Origin: Raillietiella orientalis
Lineage: Eukaryota
NCBI GenBank assembly: GCA_036172245.1
Contig: JAYWIR010000017.1
Location: forward strand, 2,294,001 to 2,358,000
Reading direction: 5' to 3'
Length of the DNA stretch: 64,000 nt
Below, piece by piece: positions 59,950 to 64,000 of the stretch. The notes beneath the pieces are model-generated. The model saw only the letters and a program-made list of their open reading frames with translations. It was not told where the DNA came from and did not search any database. Each line of letters opens with the position of its first letter. Position 1 is the first letter of the stretch. The translations under genes were made by a program, and so were the position numbers.

Positions 59950-62200
59950 AGTTGGTGCATCAATTACAAGAGTTGCTTAATCAGAATCTTAATGAACTTC
60001 GCATTGAAATTTGTTGCCTTAATCCAATAATCAACATTCAGCATTGGAAGACGTGACATACAGTGAAATGGGTACCCAGCACACCAGTTGCAAGGAGAAC
60101 AAATCCTCTTTACCCCTTCGGATATTCTGTACAAATTTGCATAACCACCTTCTTGGACAGAGTTAGCATCATGCTTGTTTCTTTTGACATCACTGGTGAT
60201 GCAGCTGGTGAGAGTTCCCACGGAACAACCAAACGTCGACCGACCTTGGAATCATCCTAGGAATGGACGGAACCAGCGAATTCAATCCTGAAAGCTCAGC
60301 ATCCATTGATATTTGAGGGAGGACAGACTTGGCTGTTCATTGAAATCAATCCTCGACAATCACGACACTGAAAATGTGTTGATCTGCATGCTTGAATGAA
60401 GGATGAGAGTGAATCCAAGTCGCAACATAAGTTGCATGAATTTTACAAGAGTACTTATCCTATTTGCTTCCAGGAAATTCGCTGTCATTCATCGGAAAGC
60501 AATCAAGTATCAACGCTCGCGAGCAGACATTCATTTGTCATTAGATTTTTTGTTGGCCTCATGTTGTCTGGCAATTAGACGACACGCCTATTTTGTTCCT
60601 TTTGTTTCCCTTAGTGATAAGTCAAACTCTCCTTGTTGTGTAACTGGGAAACCCACCAAGTGCTAGGAATCTCCCATCTGTACCTCCTGATTGATGCAAT
60701 TCTGGATGCCAGAACGACCTTGCTGGCATCCCCGTCACAGAAAAGTATTTGCGTCACAAACTTCATGTGACACGGGCACTTTTCCAAAGAAGTGTTTCTT
60801 CTTGTAGTTGGATGATGCTTGTATGCAGTTTAGAGAGGTTGTGGCACATTACCCTTTTTTGAACGACTCATTTTCAAGTGCTTGTCTAGTCCTATGGATC
60901 GAGATTTGGGAGGTTTCAATTTCCACTAATCCTCACATCATCTGAAGTCTTGTTTTGTCCTTGCAGATGTAAGTGTTTCGCTGAAGTTTCTCTCTGTTCG
61001 CTTTAAAGTTTGTTTGCTTTGTGTTTCCTCTGATGGTTTCACGAACAGCACATTAAAGAGTATACGAGAAGGACACGATCTCTTCCAAGGTGCAAAGGCT
61101 GGAAGAATTAGAGAACTCGTACAGACTTTGTACAACTCGTCCGACTTTGTTGGATTCTTTCAGAATGTAATAGCAACTGTCGTTTCCATATCCTGGTACC
61201 CTTCAATGCGCTTCCAAAAAGTCAGGGATGCCATTATAAAAAAAAAGCGTGTTTTATGGCTCTTGTTTTTAATTGCAAAGGTGTGCGTAATTTTCTTCGT
61301 GGATGCACTTATATAATTCGGCGAAAATCGTAGATGGAACACATGCTGCAGAGTGCAGGAAAAGGGCGTTGTCAAGGAATCCAAGCACTGGTTATCACCG
61401 ATTCCAAATCCTGGTCACCGCACTGAAACAAACTAGAATCCAGTTTCCGATTCCAAGCAGGATTCGTGAAGAGTAGGTGAGTACACACAGCTGATTTCGA
61501 CAAGTGTTCCTGTACACGTCCCACGTTTTCCATTTCCGAACTCACTCTGATGGGAAATTGTCCAACCATCACCGCGCCATCCAATGTTTTCTGGAATTAG
61601 CACGCAGTGCCAATCTCCATGAAGCATCGAATGGTACTTCCTCCACGGGTGCTTAGCGCCTTTTGGAGAAACTAGCATCCTCACGAAGATGACCTGAGTG
61701 ACTGCATCCTAAGGAACAGCGGATGAGATACTTGGTAACGAAAATAATAGCGAAAGTGGGAGTGGAATAATCCCGAGAAACCTTGGATGGAGAAAGACAT
61801 TACTGCAACTGTCACCTCTATTTTATATTCCTGCATCAGCATAAGTTTGAGATCAGCCTTTAAGTTTGAGATCCATGAAAGCTTTCCACCAAAAACTGTC
61901 CCCAATGCTTCCAAAGGTTGTCATTAGCATTGTCATTAGCCCCAACACAATGGGGAAAACAATTGCCATTTGATTGGAGACTGGGTCAGAATTCCTGCTC
62001 ATTTCGTAGGAGAAGAAGAGCGTCCTCTAAGCTGCTGAACTGCACGATGAAAGGAACGTTGCGCTGGGAGGTGCAGCATCCGATCCGAAGAAGTTCAGTT
62101 CCCCCTGCTCACTCAGCAGACTGCGGAGATCGGAAGGCGCGGTACGCGAGGACGCATCCAGATGGCGTCCCTGGCTGCACGTTGGCCACGCATCCGTGCA
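59950..62200 (-). mobile_element. Degenerate LINE (R1/I/Jockey-group-like) RT relic
   Basis: Minus strand: 'METTVAITF*KNPTK...TSSLILPAFAPWKR' (RT motifs 1-2) and 'YANLYRISEGVKRICSPCNWCAGYP' (post-RT GAYRT...AL...AG.PP-like). Confidence 0.4.
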
Positions 62201-64000
62201 GGAATTTCTCCAAGAGACAATAAAAATGTTCATGAAGATAAATCTTCCATGAAATGGAAAACCACGAAGGGAAGTTCCAAATCTGTGATTAGATTCTGAG
62301 ATTCGGAACGGGAAAACAGAGCGTTTAGTGATCCCTGCTTGACAGATTCACAGGTTTTTACTTTGAGTTACTGTAGCATCGCTTCACGATAACAAGTGCA
62401 CAGCTTCACTGGTCAGTTCAGAACTATGACCAAGCTACCATTGAACATGGGGAGAACTGAAGTTTCCAAAAAGTTCATCTCTATGGGTACTTTCGACAAA
62501 ACATTCCACAACAGGAACTAGAAAACACTGTACACAACGCTTCATTTTTAGCTTGAAAAAAAAAAAAAAAAAAAAAACAGGAACCCCAAACAGTCCATCA
62601 CTTCATAAAAACAAAGCGTGCAGGAAAAATAAAATGCTAGGAAGACTTTAGCTTGTGACACTGGACTTTCTGTTTTCCAAATTTTTTAGATATTTTCAGG
62701 GAATGAAGTGTAAGAACTGCTTCTGCTGTATGCCATTCTGCATCAAGGCAACTGCTACTCTTTTCGGTACTGAATCTGCCGCTACTGAACAAAGACGGCT
62801 AAGTTACATATCTCACTCAAATCGGTCCATAGTCGGAAGCTGCGTTTTTAAAAATATCACAACAGAACACAAGAATTGAGTCACATTCAAGTCGCAAACT
62901 TTACCGCGTGGTCATGAAAGATGACAAGAGGTCCATGACATCAAAATGACATGCTGGCGAGCAAAATAACTATCAAACAACAGGGACGGAACAAACACAT
63001 CGCGTGTTACCATGTGTACGGTTTCAGAGAATGAAATCAAGTTTAATTGTGCTGCGTATGGCCTTATCATTTCGGATTACGCGCATCCTCTGTGTGGATA
63101 GGTAGGGAGAGATGATCTTCCCCCCTTTTGGGGCAGTGGATTTGGCGTTCGATCGGAAATCGTGTACAACACAGAGTTTTGTCATTTTCATAGGAATAGG
63201 AAAAACAGACCAAGGACATATGCCTTAGCACTTTGGAGAGTTGTCGAGTTGAGAAATCCCATCCACAACGCCTTGCTTTCGGAAGAGTATTCAAGATTTC
63301 GAAGCTGCGATTCGAATTCGGTCAGATGTGAGATTCTCCAGATGGTGGCTCACGATGCCAACAACTATGGAATTCTCATTTAAGGAAAACTTCGTAAGGG
63401 TAGTCTGGAGTGGAGTGGAGTCTATCGTGGAGTCGGTCTGTCTATCTATATATCTATCTATTCCATTATATCTACCTCTTCCATTCTCTGCGCATATATA
63501 GGCACATTGCTCATTTTTCATCATCTTTCTATAGTTGGGCGTTGAGGTCGCTGATCGGCACGCATCTCGGCAGGAGTCTGACAGCGACATCCAGACTGCA
63601 GAGGGTTCTTGGATGAGCGAAAGCAAGCAGTCCATGTGGAAACCTCGAACTTCTTTCTGCATGCGGTCATGGGATGGATGGAGTAGGTGACTTTGGGTTC
63701 GTTTCAGAGGTAGAAAGCGTAATCCGTCTCCATGGACGGTGTGGGACGGGAGGGTGTCTGGATGGTGTCTGGAGGAGGCTCGCACGCGAAGACCACTTGC
63801 TTGGTTGTCGAAAGGAGAGATCCTTGCTGCCGTCTTGAATGGCGCGAAACGTGCAGAGAGGATCTCTCGCCACCATCCTCGGCGTTTGAAGGAATGCCCG
63901 TGGCGTACTGCCGATTGCGGCTGGCCCACGGGGGCGCCCCTTCTGCAGCCATCGTGCCAGCCCCACGCCCGAAGCCGCTTCAGCCAACCAGCATTCGGGG

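Noticed and set aside
63291..63987. 212-aa minus-strand ORF at the window end
   Set aside because: Runs through a (CTAT)n-like repeat and has no confident domain; possibly a LINE relic continuing beyond the window.

Overview
This looks like repeat-dense eukaryotic (probably animal/arthropod; inference only) genomic DNA. I found no supportable host protein-coding gene, RNA gene or CRISPR array. Nearly everything recognisable is decayed transposable-element sequence, identified by eye from frameshifted motifs, so boundaries are approximate. (i) 7.5-33.5 kb is a dense cluster of about ten Tx1/L1-type LINE pieces in both orientations; three of them keep a homologous 3' end with a covarying stem-loop and a conserved post-AATAAA motif. 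(ii) There are several other AP-endonuclease LINE relics. (iii) Two RLE-type (R2/NeSL/Utopia-like) LINE relics are present, one with a readable restriction-like endonuclease ORF. (iv) A Gypsy-type pol relic is present. (v) Mariner and hAT DNA-transposon fragments are present. A 1.4 kb strongly A-skewed tract (29.3-30.7 kb) appears to interrupt a LINE ORF2 inside an unusually GC/CpG-rich zone. I cannot claim a novel system. The best lead is the conserved structured 3' terminus of the Tx1-like family.
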